Shown piece by piece: positions 1 to 11,025 of a stretch of DNA of 64,000 bases. Each line of letters opens with the position of its first letter. Position 1 is the first letter of the stretch. Location: positions 62,001-126,000 of the forward strand of contig JABLTG010000028.1 in NCBI GenBank assembly GCA_016618085.1, in the 5' to 3' direction. The position numbers and the translations under genes are program-made. The DNA comes from Neovahlkampfia damariscottae (taxonomy: Eukaryota). The notes under the pieces were generated by a model. That model ran no database searches. It was not told the DNA's origin and worked only from the letters and a program-made list of their open reading frames with translations.

Positions 1-10
1 TAAAGAGATT

Positions 11-1381
11 TTGAGATCAAAAATTACAGCAACAACAAGAGGTGTTTATTATAGAAGTCTTTATAGAGTTGATAGTCTTCCTCCAATGTTTATGAAACTT
101 GGAGATGATTATAAACTAACAGTTGATTATTTACCTGTTAAACCAACTCCTGGTGACAAAGAAAAATATGAAAACGTTTTAGATTATTTTGGAGGTTTTT
201 ATTTACAAAGAGGTATTTTTGGTGGAAGAGTCAGACTTTTCACATTCTTAAAACAAGAAATCACAAGAGATAGAGATGAAAAATGGACAAGTACACAATT
301 ACAATTAAGTTTCCATTATAACATGTTTGGTGTTTCAGGTGGTGGTTTTAGAAGAAGACAAGATATTAAAATTGATGAACATTTCAAAAAATTCTCTGAA
401 TCATTTGTTGCTTACACAGGTGGATTTAGAAAATTCCATGATCAAGATAAATTAAAAGAATGGGAAGGATCAGTTAATGAATCTCAAGATTTATTGGAAG
501 GTGATATGAAACCTCTTTCAGATCATATTAATAACTCTCCTGTCAAAAAAAAAAATTTTGAACAAATTATTAAAAAATATTCAGAAGAAGGAAAAGTCAT
601 TATTAATAATGTTATTACTGCAGACTCTTTATTAGGATATTCATTTGATGCAAAAACAATGAGTATTCAACATCCAGTTGTAGATTCTTCAAATGTTTTA
701 TCAACAGGAGTTGCTTCATCAATTGTAATGCAAAGTAAAAATATTACCTATGGAACAGAATCAAAACAAGATTTTCAAAAATATATTTCAAAAGATTTGG
801 TTTCTGAATTTAAAAAAGGATATGCTTCTTGGACAAGAGATTTGATTGAATTAGAAGAAAATGAAAATATCCATATTGCAGAAAGAAAAATTGTTTTAAG
901 AGAATTAAAATTAAAATCAATGCCTACAAAATATTCAGTTAAATTTAATGAAGCAATTGAAATGCTTCCTTCAAAATTTGATGAACAAATTTATCTTGGA
1001 TTTGTTGAAGCATGGGGTACTCATTTTGTAAATTCAGTTCAAATTGGTGGTTCAATTAAAGTTTCAGTTCAATTGAAAAAATCATTCATTTCAGAAATTA
1101 GTTCACAAGATGAATCAAAACAAATTTTAAAAAATGTTATTGAAAATTCAAAATATAATTTCAAAAAAGATTCAAATATTGAAAAATTATTGAAAGATAA
1201 CTTAAATGTAAAAGTACATTATAAAGGTGGAAGAAGAGTTTCTGGATGGAATCAATTCATTCAATCTGTAAAACAAGAACCTGAAGTGTTAAAATTTGGT
1301 ATTATTCCTCTTTCTTCTATGATTAAAGATGATTTAAAAAGACAAAATTTAGAAAAATTCATTCAACAATATTTTGAATAA
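11..1381 (+). CDS. MACPF/perforin-like protein, 3' part, apparently with two MACPF-like domains
   Basis: The second half has the MACPF signature FVEAWGTHFVNSVQIGG; the first half has a related YFGGFYLQRGIFGG segment followed by the typical W..SV...D...PLSD pattern. The gene probably begins upstream of the window. Confidence 0.8.
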   Translation: MRSKITATTRGVYYRSLYRVDSLPPMFMKLGDDYKLTVDYLPVKPTPGDKEKYENVLDYFGGFYLQRGIFGGRVRLFTFLKQEITRDRDEKWTSTQLQLSFHYNMFGVSGGGFRRRQDIKIDEHFKKFSESFVAYTGGFRKFHDQDKLKEWEGSVNESQDLLEGDMKPLSDHINNSPVKKKNFEQIIKKYSEEGKVIINNVITADSLLGYSFDAKTMSIQHPVVDSSNVLSTGVASSIVMQSKNITYGTESKQDFQKYISKDLVSEFKKGYASWTRDLIELEENENIHIAERKIVLRELKLKSMPTKYSVKFNEAIEMLPSKFDEQIYLGFVEAWGTHFVNSVQIGGSIKVSVQLKKSFISEISSQDESKQILKNVIENSKYNFKKDSNIEKLLKDNLNVKVHYKGGRRVSGWNQFIQSVKQEPEVLKFGIIPLSSMIKDDLKRQNLEKFIQQYFE

Positions 1382-1450
1382 ACTTTTTTTGTTTTAAATT
1401 AACCAATCATTTCTAATTATTTCTTTAACTCTAATTGGTCGATTTTACTG

Positions 1451-3286
1451 ATGAAGTTTACTCGTTTAATAGTTCTTTTGGTATTGTTATTGGCATTTGT
1501 TCAATTTACTTATGCAAGAGAAATTGAAGATTTAGATGATGATGATTATGAAGAAGCTCTTGATGAAAATATTCAAGCAAATACTCTTTGGAGTATTAAA
1601 AGGTCTTTTAATGACAAAGCGGATCGAGCAAAAAGATGGGCTGCTGATAAAGCAAGGAGAGCAAAAATAGTTGCAGATAAGGCAAGAAGAGCGAAAGAGG
1701 CAGCTGAAAGATGGGCAGCTGAAAAAGCTAGAAGAGTTAAAGCCGCAGCTTTGAAAGCAAAAAGAGCAACTCAAGAAAAATTAAGAATTGCTAAAGCGAA
1801 AGCAGCTGAAAAATTGAGAATAGCAAGAGCAAAAGCAGCAGCTAAAGCAAAAGCAGCACTTGAAGCAGCAAAAAGATTCGCAGCTGAAAAAGCAAGAAGA
1901 GCAAAAGCAGCAATGGTTGAAAAAGCAAGAAAAGCTAAAGAAGCAGCAGAAAAAGCGAAAAAAGTTGCTGCTGAAAAAATTAGAAAAATTAAAGCCGCAG
2001 CTTTAGCAAAAGCAAAAAAATTAAAAGAATTAGCTGCAAAAGCAAAAGCAAAAGCAGCAGCTGAAGCTAAAAAATTAAAAGAATTAGCAAAAAAAGCAGC
2101 AGAAAAAGCAAAAGCAAAAGCAGAAAAAGAATACAACAAAATAAAAAAAATTCCAGGGTGGGCTAAAAAACAAGCTGAATTAGCAAAACTCAAAGTGTTA
2201 AAAGGTGTTAAATGGCTCAAATCATATAATGGATTTCTCTTCAAAGAAGCACCATGGACTACTTCTGATGATACACCTGTTTATCCAACTGTTACATGGA
2301 GTCAAGTTAGAACATCCAACTCAAAAGAATTTAGAGCAATTTCAGATGCTCAAGTTGGTAAAATTACACCAGTTGCTAAAAAATCTACAAAGAAAACAAA
2401 AGTTGTTCCTAAAAAATCTGTCAAAAAAGTTGTGAAAAGAACTGTCAAAAAAACAGTTGTTAAAAAACCAAAAAAGAGAAGCAATAATAAAAGATCAACT
2501 GGAAAAAGAAGACTTAATCCTTCAATTTCCTCTTCTACTGACGGAACAAAATGTACTGTTAAATGTTTAACCTCTTCAAAAAGAGGAGTGGCAGTCAGAA
2601 AATGCAGAAAAGTTTTATCAATCAAAAGAGTCAGAAAATGTCAAATCAAAAAACTTTCACCACTTTGTTCACGTAAATGTAAATCTTCAAAAAGATGTTG
2701 GAGAGAATGTTCAATGAAAACATGTGGAGGAAAAAAAGTTAAAGTTTGTCAAAGAAAATGTTACAAAGGAACAAAATGTTGGAAACATTGTGTTCAAAGA
2801 AAACAAAGACAATGTTTCATTGATTCACAAAAATCTTTCATTACAAAATGTCAAAAAGTTTTCTCAACAAAAAGATTCAAAAAATGTCAAAAGACATGTA
2901 TCAAAGTACCTTCTAAATGTACAGAACTTTGTAGATCTGTCAGAGTTCCATATAAATATAGAAAATGTACAAACATTTTAGTTAGAGGAGCTTCAAATAA
3001 AAGAAAATGTTCATTTGGTAAAAAATATAAATCATGCCAAAAGAAATGCTCACATGGAAGAAAATGTGGAAAAACATGTAAAACATACATGTGTGATGGA
3101 AAAAGAGTTTTAAAATGCAAAGTCAAATGTTTCACTGGAAAAACATGTGTGAATCATTGTGCTTGGAAAAAACAAAGAAGATGTGTGTTAAATAGAATTC
3201 CTGCAAAATATATTAAAAGATGTGGAATGTATTTAACAATGAAAAAAGTAAGAAAATGCATGAAGAAATGTTACTATCCAAAATAA
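1451..3286 (+). CDS. Secreted cationic protein: signal peptide, acidic propiece, Ala/Lys coiled coil, Cys/Lys-rich repeat C-terminus
   Basis: 611-aa ORF with hydrophobic N-terminus, DDDDYEE acidic stretch, AAEKARRAKAA repeats and duplicated C-x3-C units. Confidence 0.8.
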   Translation: MKFTRLIVLLVLLLAFVQFTYAREIEDLDDDDYEEALDENIQANTLWSIKRSFNDKADRAKRWAADKARRAKIVADKARRAKEAAERWAAEKARRVKAAALKAKRATQEKLRIAKAKAAEKLRIARAKAAAKAKAALEAAKRFAAEKARRAKAAMVEKARKAKEAAEKAKKVAAEKIRKIKAAALAKAKKLKELAAKAKAKAAAEAKKLKELAKKAAEKAKAKAEKEYNKIKKIPGWAKKQAELAKLKVLKGVKWLKSYNGFLFKEAPWTTSDDTPVYPTVTWSQVRTSNSKEFRAISDAQVGKITPVAKKSTKKTKVVPKKSVKKVVKRTVKKTVVKKPKKRSNNKRSTGKRRLNPSISSSTDGTKCTVKCLTSSKRGVAVRKCRKVLSIKRVRKCQIKKLSPLCSRKCKSSKRCWRECSMKTCGGKKVKVCQRKCYKGTKCWKHCVQRKQRQCFIDSQKSFITKCQKVFSTKRFKKCQKTCIKVPSKCTELCRSVRVPYKYRKCTNILVRGASNKRKCSFGKKYKSCQKKCSHGRKCGKTCKTYMCDGKRVLKCKVKCFTGKTCVNHCAWKKQRRCVLNRIPAKYIKRCGMYLTMKKVRKCMKKCYYPK

Positions 3287-3339
3287 ATAACAAATTAAGT
3301 TATTTAAAAATAAACTTTTAGTTGAAAAAAATGCAATTT

Positions 3340-4461
3340 TTATTTACCAAGTGGAGTTTGTTTAAAATCTTCCAAAACTTCTTTAATAATTTGAATACAA
3401 TGTTTTGCTTTTTTTTCATCTGCTTGTAATCCCATATGACCAATTCTAAAGATATGCTTTTTCAAATTTCCTAAACCAACTGAAACTAAAAAATCTTCTT
3501 TTAAAAATCTTTGATTTAAATCTTTCCAATGAATATGTTTTGGAATTTTAACACAAGTAACAAAAGGTGATAAAAATTGAGAATATTTTGGATATAATTC
3601 TAAACCTAATTCTTCAATTCCATCTTTTAAAATTCTTGAAACTTTTTCATGATTTTTAAAGATGGTTTGAATTCCTTCATCTTCCATACTTTCTAATTTC
3701 TTATTTAAAGCTAAGATACTTCTGTAATTTGGACAATATGGAAATATTTTTGTTTGAAATATATCTTTGTATTGATATAAACCATCATAACCTCTGTATT
3801 TATTTTCATCAATTATTTCTTTTACACCTGGACTTGTAACTAAAATTGAAAGATCTGGTGGTAAATTTAATGATTTATGTGTTCCCAAGACTCCAAAATC
3901 AACATTCCATTCTTTCATTAAAATTTCCATTGCACCAGCAGATGAAACAAAATCAACCATCAAATAACTTTTTGATTTAATACAAATTTCACCAATATCT
4001 AAAATTGAATTCAAAATACCAGAATTGGTTTCACAATGAACACAAATTACTAATTTTGGTTGAAATGAGAGTATTTTTTGTTTGATTAAATCAATATTTG
4101 AAGCAGATGTTTCATTTTCAGGAAAGTGAATAACTGATAATTCATATCCTAAACCTTCAATAAATGATTGAATTTTTTGTGCATAATATCCATTTTCAAT
4201 GATTGTTACTTTTTCTTTTGGTTTTAATGTTGATTTGAGACAACTCCAAATACCTAAAATGGATTCACCTGTTTGAAAGTAAACTTCATAATCATCATCT
4301 ACATTCACTAATCTCTTGACTTGGTCTTGTGTTTCTTTGTAAGTCTTGATAAAGTGTTTGTGGTTTTGATAGGATGGATGAAATTGCTCTTGATAAACTG
4401 ACATTGCTTTTTCATCAATTAAAGTTGGTCCACATGAAAATGAGTATTTATAAGTTTCCAT
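3340..4461 (-). CDS. PLP-dependent class V aminotransferase (alanine-glyoxylate / serine-pyruvate type)
   Basis: Motifs SCGPT, VHCETNSG, VDFVSS, GTHKSL (PLP lysine) and FRIGHMG; start taken at METYK. Confidence 0.9.
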   Translation of the reverse strand: METYKYSFSCGPTLIDEKAMSVYQEQFHPSYQNHKHFIKTYKETQDQVKRLVNVDDDYEVYFQTGESILGIWSCLKSTLKPKEKVTIIENGYYAQKIQSFIEGLGYELSVIHFPENETSASNIDLIKQKILSFQPKLVICVHCETNSGILNSILDIGEICIKSKSYLMVDFVSSAGAMEILMKEWNVDFGVLGTHKSLNLPPDLSILVTSPGVKEIIDENKYRGYDGLYQYKDIFQTKIFPYCPNYRSILALNKKLESMEDEGIQTIFKNHEKVSRILKDGIEELGLELYPKYSQFLSPFVTCVKIPKHIHWKDLNQRFLKEDFLVSVGLGNLKKHIFRIGHMGLQADEKKAKHCIQIIKEVLEDFKQTPLGK

Positions 4462-4604
4462 TTTGTTCTCTTTCTTTTTTGATTTGAAATAAATAATCCA
4501 ATAAGAATTGTTCAAATTTAAAATTTGATCTAAAAGATCAACCAATAAACAAAGATTTTACAAACAAATTAAATAAAGTATTTAAATCATTTTATCTTTG
4601 ACTT

Positions 4605-5186
4605 TCATTCAGATTCATTTTTTGAACCAAAAACTTTGTTATATTCAAATAAAACATCATCATTCTCGAACATGTCATTATAAGTACTTAATTGTATCGT
4701 TTGTATGAATGGATTTTGAATATCTTTCTTTTTTCTATTTTCATTTTTGAAGTTTGAAATCATGTCAATTTTTTCGACAGGAAGGAATTCAATTTTTGAA
4801 TTTTTGAAGTTCAGTTTTGAATTTAATTGAGTTTCTGTTTTCAAGTCCATTTGTACTGGAAAAGGTTCGGAATTTGATTCTTTTTCTTTTTTTTTTTTTT
4901 GAAAGAAGTTTTTGTTTCCAAAAAATAAGAGTAATACAGTTGCGAGTGAAATTGGGTGTAATATGATTTTAAATATAAATTTGAATAATTTGATAAATGG
5001 ACTATTGATAGTTTTGTTTGATTCAATTGTAATTTTGTTTTCTTTTTTTTTTGGTATTGGTATTGGCTCAGTTTGTTGTTGATTTTCTTTTTTATTTTTT
5101 TCATAATTGTATTGTAACCTGTGAATAGTTTTTTTGAATAAAGTTTCAATCAAAGCGTCCTCAGCTTCATTTGAAAAGTTGTTCAT
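4605..5186 (-). CDS. Hypothetical protein with one hydrophobic segment
   Basis: 193-aa ATG-initiated ORF with CCAAT just upstream; no recognised domain. Confidence 0.5.
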   Translation of the reverse strand: MNNFSNEAEDALIETLFKKTIHRLQYNYEKNKKENQQQTEPIPIPKKKENKITIESNKTINSPFIKLFKFIFKIILHPISLATVLLLFFGNKNFFQKKKKEKESNSEPFPVQMDLKTETQLNSKLNFKNSKIEFLPVEKIDMISNFKNENRKKKDIQNPFIQTIQLSTYNDMFENDDVLFEYNKVFGSKNESE

Positions 5187-5366
5187 TTTTCACCAATGAA
5201 ACACCACAAAATTAGAGAAGAATTAATTTTCTTCTTCGAAAAAAATCAGAGTGTGGATTTCCATTTTGTAGATGCATTGAGATTTCTTGTCTTTTATCTC
5301 AATTCATATTTCTTTTTTATTGGTGGAATATATGACATAAGCCAATCAAAAAATACCCTTAAGAAA

Positions 5367-5940
5367 ATGAGAATTGCTTCCACTTTGTTATTACTTTGTG
5401 TTTTGATGTTTTGTCACATGACATTTGCAGATACTACACAACAACTCAACCAAGCTTTTTCTGAAGATACAAACAAAGGAGGTAAAAAAAAAAAAATTAA
5501 AAAAAAAAATAGAATCCACTTTATGGTTCAAAAAGAAATTCAACCATGTCAAAAGAAATTTCCGTGCACATCATAAAAAGAAAAAACTTGTCAAAAAAGT
5601 TAAAAAAGTTTTGAAAAATGTTTTCAAAAAATTCAGAAAAGCTCATAAAGGAAAAAGAGCATTCACAAAAGCTATTGCAAAACTTAATAAAAAAGCAAAA
5701 GCTCTTAAAATGAAAACAAAAAAAATGATCAAAATTATCAAACCAAAAAGAAAATTCTTCAAACGAACTTTCAAAAAAATAAGAAAAATAAGAAAAGGTA
5801 GAAAATCTTCAAGAAGATCAAGATTCCAAATTTCAACTGGAAATCCATATGATATTATGAATGTACCTGCTTCAATGAGACCAAATGCCCAAGATAAAAA
5901 AAATGTCATCACACATCCACAAATGCCACGTAAATTGTAA
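5367..5940 (+). CDS. Small secreted Lys/Arg-rich protein (intron 5482-5512)
   Basis: Signal peptide MRIASTLLLLCVLMFCHMTFA; a 31-nt GT..AG intron joins NKG-E-STLWFKK; amphipathic-looking basic helices; carries the C-terminal motif shared with the 7267 and 11026 genes. Confidence 0.8.
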
Positions 5941-5978
5941 TTTACAAAAAAAAATAAAACTGAAAAATACTTTATTTT

Positions 5979-6983
5979 TCATACAATATACATTTTAACA
6001 GTCTTTGGTATTTCTTCATTGTCTAACCATTCTGAATTACCAAACATATCTCTATTTCCTGTGAATGACTGCAAAGAAGGTAAGTTCAAAATTTTAAAAA
6101 GCTCTTGAGACGAAAGTTTTCCTTTCATATTTGAAATATTCAACTCCTTCAAAAATTGATATCCCAGAATATTTTCCAGCCAAATTGATGAAAAACTAAC
6201 TGAATTACAATTTGATAAATTCAATTTTTCGATTGAATTTAAGGCCACAATTGTTTCATAATCTTCCACAATCATTGATGAGCTCAAATCCAACTCTTTT
6301 AAATTTTTTAGATGAAGTAAACTTTTTAAATTGATTCTACTGTGTTGTATCTTTAATTTTCTTAGTTTTTTTAATGATGAAAAATCAATGAAACTGACAT
6401 CTGAGTAACTCAAATCTAATTCGGTTAAATTTTCCAAAGTGGAAAGTTCTTTCAAAATTTTTGATTTACAAAAAGTCATTGTTAAAGTGTTTAAACCTTT
6501 TAAAGTTGATAAATGTTTCAATCCTGTTTGAGTTTTAATTCTTTTTAAATTTTAATTATTTTTTTCAAATTCATACCTGTTTATAGTTAAATGGTTTAAA
6601 TGTTGGAATTTTTGTGATATTTTTTTAAAAGAACTTTTAGTAAATTCCCCACAACGAATTAATTTTAAATCATTCAATTTATCCAGTTCACCTAATTCGT
6701 CAATGACTTCATCTGTCACTGTTGAATAAACAGAAATTCTTTTTAAATAAGGACATTGTGTTGATATGAAACTAAAAATATTTTGTTTATGAAGTTCTTT
6801 CATTTGGTTTTTGAAATTGTATTCTTCTACTGATTTCCAAACATTTTCTCGAAATGAAGAACAAGTAAAGGACACTTTTTGAAATAAATCCTCTTCTGGA
6901 ATGTAAGAAAATATATTCTGAAGCTCATCGTCCATATAATTACAAAGTACGTATCCCACAGATACTTCTATTTCTTCCTCCAT
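5979..6983 (-). CDS. F-box / leucine-rich-repeat protein (intron 6541-6576)
   Basis: F-box-like DDELQNIFSYIPEEDLFQKVSFTCSSF followed by LxxLxLS repeats across a 36-nt intron. Confidence 0.8.
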
Positions 6984-7266
6984 TCGTTGTGTGTTAAATT
7001 TAACAAGAAATTTGATTTGTCTAAATACTGGAGTGGTTCAAATTTGATTTATTTTTAAACTTCAAATTGAATTTATTTATAGAAGCTATTGGAAATGTTT
7101 TCTTCAAAAAAAACCCCAAAGAAATATATCATGTATTTTACTGTTTTAAATAATTTTTCTTTAAAAAATTGTTTGACCCATCAAAAAATCAAATCGGAAG
7201 CTACTTATTGGTCAGAATTTGTTTGACAAATCAATTTGATTGGAGAGTTAAAGGAAGTGAAGAACA

Positions 7267-10200
7267 ATGAAGATTAGTCAAGCACTTATACTCTTAATTA
7301 TCCTTATTATCTGTCAACTTTCTTTATCAAAAGAAATTGCAGAAGATACTACACTTGAAACACAAGTACAAGAATTATTATCAGCAGAAAATACTGAAAA
7401 CACAGACGACGTAGCGCAAACATTACGTTGGGGTAGAAAACTTGGACACAGAATTATCAGAAAAGCAGTTCCAAGAATTAACCATGCTGCTATTGCTAGA
7501 GCTGCTTTCTTGAAAAAATCTAGAGCTGCGGCTAAATTAAGAGCTGCTTTAAAAAGAAAAGCTAGAACCTCAAGAAGAAAAGCAGCTGCTTTAAGAAGAA
7601 AAGCGAGATCACTTGCTAAAGCTGCAAGAAAAGCAAAGGCTGCTAAAAAAAGAGCTGCTTTGGCTTTATTAAAAAGAAAAGCTGCAGCAAGAGCTTTAAG
7701 AAAAAGAGCTGCTGCCTTAAGAAGAAAAGCTGCTGCTTTAAGAAAAGCAAAAGCTGCTGCTGCTAGAAAAGCAAGAGCTGCTGCTAAAGCTAAAAGACAT
7801 GCAAAAAGTTATACTTGTCAAGCAGTTGGTGATCCTCATATGAGAAACTTCCAAGGTCAAGCTTATGAAAATCAATTTTCTGGAGATCTTACTTTGTTTA
7901 AAAAACGTGGATTCAGATGTGATACAAGACAAATGCAATGGAATGGTGGAAGAAACTTTGTTAATGGAAGAATTGCTTGTCAAGTTGGACATCAACATAT
8001 TGAAATCTTTACACCAACAGATGTTCGTGTCAATGGAGTTAAAGCACCAACTGGAACAAAAAAAATTGGAGGTGTTTCATTTACATGGAAAGGTTCACAT
8101 GTTGAATTTTCAAAACACGATACAAAAGTTAGAGTTCAAATTGCTAAAACTAGACAACCAACATGGTATATGAATTTCTATATTACAACACGTGGTCTTC
8201 ATGGTGTTACTGGTCTTTGTAACGGTAAATATGATTCAAGAACAAAAGGAACAAAACCACCAAGAGCAAGTCCTTCCATTCTTGATGGAAAAGCTCAACG
8301 TATTAAAAGAAGAAATCCAATTAAATTTGGAAGAAGAGCTGTCAAATGGGCAACTGGTATTTGTAAAGGAAAAGGTTTAAGAGGAAACTCACTTCATGGT
8401 TGTATCTTTGATGTTGCTGCTACTCACAAAAAGAAATTTGCAGCTGATATGCTTAGAGCACAACGTTTAAAAGATCTTATGAAAAGAAAACATGCAGCTC
8501 AAAGAATTGCTGCAGCTAAAGCAAGAGCTATTGCGGCAAGAGCTAGAGCAGCAGCTGCTAGAGCTAGAGCTAAAGCAGCAAAAAGAAGAGCAGCTTTTAG
8601 AAAAGCTAAACGTCTTGCAAGAGCAGCAAAAAGAGCAGCTCAAAGAGCTAGAGCTAAAGCTGCAAGAAGAAAAGCTGCTGCTTTAAGAAAAGCAGCTAGA
8701 CTTGCAAGAGCTAAAGCTAGAGCAGCAAAAAGAGAAGCTAAAGGAAAAACCTTCAATTGTTATGCAACTGGAGATCCTCACATGAAAAACTTTGCTGGTC
8801 AAAAATATGAAAATCAATTCGTTGGAGATTTCAACATTTTCTCAAGAGCAGGTTTCAGATGTCATACAAGACAAGAATTTTGGAATGCTCAACATACAGT
8901 CGCTGTTAACACAAGACTTGCTTGTAAAGTTGCTGGAGATCATATTGAAGTTTATGCACCAAATGATGTTCGTGTCAATGGAAAGAAAATTTCAAAAGGA
9001 AACCATAACTTAAAATCAACTGCTAAACTTGGATTTACTGGAAGTCAATTAACTATTCACTATGCTGGATCATCAGTTAGAAGTCAAATTAATAATGGAC
9101 ATGGATCAGGACCTTTACCAAGATCATATCAAAATATCTACATTTCAACAAAAGGAACAAAAGGACTTAAAGGAGTTACTGGACTTTGCAATGGATCATA
9201 TGATTCAAGAAACAAAGCAACAAAGCCACCAAGAGCAAATCCTTCACTTGTTGACGGAAAAGGAATTAGAGTCCAAAGACCAAATCCACGTAAAAAATTC
9301 GGACACAAAGCTGTTGCATGGGCGACTGGTATTTGTAAAGGAAAAGGTTTAAAAGGAAATGCACTTCATGATTGTATCTTTGATGTTGCAGCTACTCACA
9401 AAAAAAGATTTGCTGAAGCAGAAAAGAAATTGAAAGCTTTAAGAGAAAAATTAAGAAAAAGAAAAGCAGCAAGAAGAAGAGCAGCAGCAAGAGCAAGAAG
9501 AGCTGCAAGAAGAGCAAGAAGAGCAGCAGCAAGAGCAAGAGCAAAAGCAGCAGCTTTAAGAAGAAGAGCAGCAGCTAGAGCAGCAGCTAAAGCTAGAGCA
9601 GCAAAAAGAAGAGCAGAAGCTTTGAAAAAAAGAAAAACATACAACTGTTATGCTACTGGAGATCCTCACATGAGAAACTTTGCTGGAAAGAAATACGAAA
9701 ATCAATTCTCAGGAGATTTTAGATTCTTCCACAAACCAGGTTTTAGATGTGATGTTAGACAACTCTTCTGGAATGTTCAAAGAACTGTTACAGTTAACAA
9801 AAGAGTTGCTTGTAAAGTTGGAAGAAATCATGTTGAAGTGTTTGGACTCAATGATATCAGAATCAATGGTAAAAAATACTCCAAATTCAATAAAAAAATT
9901 GGACGTGGTGCAAAAGTTTCATTTGATGGACGTAACTTCAAAGTTCAAAACAGAAATGGTGACAATGTTAGAGCTCAAATTGCTGGTTCAAAAACAAGAT
10001 TTTATATGAATGTTTATGCTACTGCTAGAGGACTCAAACATGCTTCTGGACTTTGTGTTGGATTTTATGATTCAAGAAAGAAAGGTACAAAACCACCAAG
10101 AGCAAAACCTTCACTTTGTGATGGAAAAGGAATCTTTAAAAAACCAAAAGCAATTAAATTTGGAAAAAGAGCTGTCAAATGGGCTAGAGGTATTTGTAAA

Positions 10201-10911
10201 GCTAGAAAATTAAAAGGAGCATTCTTCAGAAACTGTGTCTATGATGTCGCAGCTACACACAAAAAAAGATTTGCTTCATTACAAGCTAGAGCTAAACGTA
10301 TGAGAAATAAATTAAGAAGACATAGAAGAGCTAGAGCAAGAAAATTAAGAAGAGCAAGAAAAGCAGCATTCAGAAGAATTTTCAGAGTTAAAAGAATGAA
10401 AAAGAGACAAGCAAGAAGAAAAGTTAAAGCTTTAAAAAGAAGAGTTAGAAGAGCTAGAAAATTTGCAAGACGTTTAAAAAGAAGAAGTGCAAAAAGAGCA
10501 GCTAGAATTGCTAGAAGAGCAAAACGTTCAGCTAGAAAAGCAGCAAGAAGAGCTAGAAGAGCAGCAAGAAAAGCAGCAAGAAAAGCTAGAAAAGCAGCAA
10601 GAAAAAATACACCTGCAAACAAAAAAGCAGCACTTAAAAAATTAATTGCAGCAAGAAGAGCTAAAAGAATTGCACAAAGAAAACTCAAAAGAGCAAGAAA
10701 ACTCAGAAGAATTGCTAGAAAATTGAGAAGAAGAAGTCAAACAAAACGTCAAAAATTGAAATCAGCTCTTAGAGTTAGAAGATTTAGAAACCAAAAATTA
10801 AAATTATGTTACAAAACAACATCATCAAATGATTATGATGTCAAAAAAGTTTCAAAAGTTTTCAAACCAACAAAATCTGATGAAAAAAATATCATTGGAA
10901 AAGCAATGTAA
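7267..10911 (+). CDS. Secreted protein with three von Willebrand factor type D-like domains separated by Ala/Arg/Lys helical linkers
   Basis: Signal peptide; three copies of C-x-A-x-GDPHM-x-NF...GLC...C-x-FDV; very basic linkers; shared C-terminal motif. Confidence 0.85.
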   Translation: MKISQALILLIILIICQLSLSKEIAEDTTLETQVQELLSAENTENTDDVAQTLRWGRKLGHRIIRKAVPRINHAAIARAAFLKKSRAAAKLRAALKRKARTSRRKAAALRRKARSLAKAARKAKAAKKRAALALLKRKAAARALRKRAAALRRKAAALRKAKAAAARKARAAAKAKRHAKSYTCQAVGDPHMRNFQGQAYENQFSGDLTLFKKRGFRCDTRQMQWNGGRNFVNGRIACQVGHQHIEIFTPTDVRVNGVKAPTGTKKIGGVSFTWKGSHVEFSKHDTKVRVQIAKTRQPTWYMNFYITTRGLHGVTGLCNGKYDSRTKGTKPPRASPSILDGKAQRIKRRNPIKFGRRAVKWATGICKGKGLRGNSLHGCIFDVAATHKKKFAADMLRAQRLKDLMKRKHAAQRIAAAKARAIAARARAAAARARAKAAKRRAAFRKAKRLARAAKRAAQRARAKAARRKAAALRKAARLARAKARAAKREAKGKTFNCYATGDPHMKNFAGQKYENQFVGDFNIFSRAGFRCHTRQEFWNAQHTVAVNTRLACKVAGDHIEVYAPNDVRVNGKKISKGNHNLKSTAKLGFTGSQLTIHYAGSSVRSQINNGHGSGPLPRSYQNIYISTKGTKGLKGVTGLCNGSYDSRNKATKPPRANPSLVDGKGIRVQRPNPRKKFGHKAVAWATGICKGKGLKGNALHDCIFDVAATHKKRFAEAEKKLKALREKLRKRKAARRRAAARARRAARRARRAAARARAKAAALRRRAAARAAAKARAAKRRAEALKKRKTYNCYATGDPHMRNFAGKKYENQFSGDFRFFHKPGFRCDVRQLFWNVQRTVTVNKRVACKVGRNHVEVFGLNDIRINGKKYSKFNKKIGRGAKVSFDGRNFKVQNRNGDNVRAQIAGSKTRFYMNVYATARGLKHASGLCVGFYDSRKKGTKPPRAKPSLCDGKGIFKKPKAIKFGKRAVKWARGICKARKLKGAFFRNCVYDVAATHKKRFASLQARAKRMRNKLRRHRRARARKLRRARKAAFRRIFRVKRMKKRQARRKVKALKRRVRRARKFARRLKRRSAKRAARIARRAKRSARKAARRARRAARKAARKARKAARKNTPANKKAALKKLIAARRAKRIAQRKLKRARKLRRIARKLRRRSQTKRQKLKSALRVRRFRNQKLKLCYKTTSSNDYDVKKVSKVFKPTKSDEKNIIGKAM

Positions 10912-11025
10912 AACAATAAATTTTGAGTTTTATTTTTATTTTTTCTTCCAAAAAAATAGTCTGGTCAGCCATGCTTTTTAATTGGTTCAATTTCTTCGAA
11001 AATATTTCAATTGGCCAACTGCAAC

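Noticed and set aside
1532..10688. Antisense and alternative-frame ORFs (e.g. 1771-2244, 9396-9644, 10239-10688)
   Set aside because: Shadows of low-complexity Ala/Lys/Arg coding sequence.
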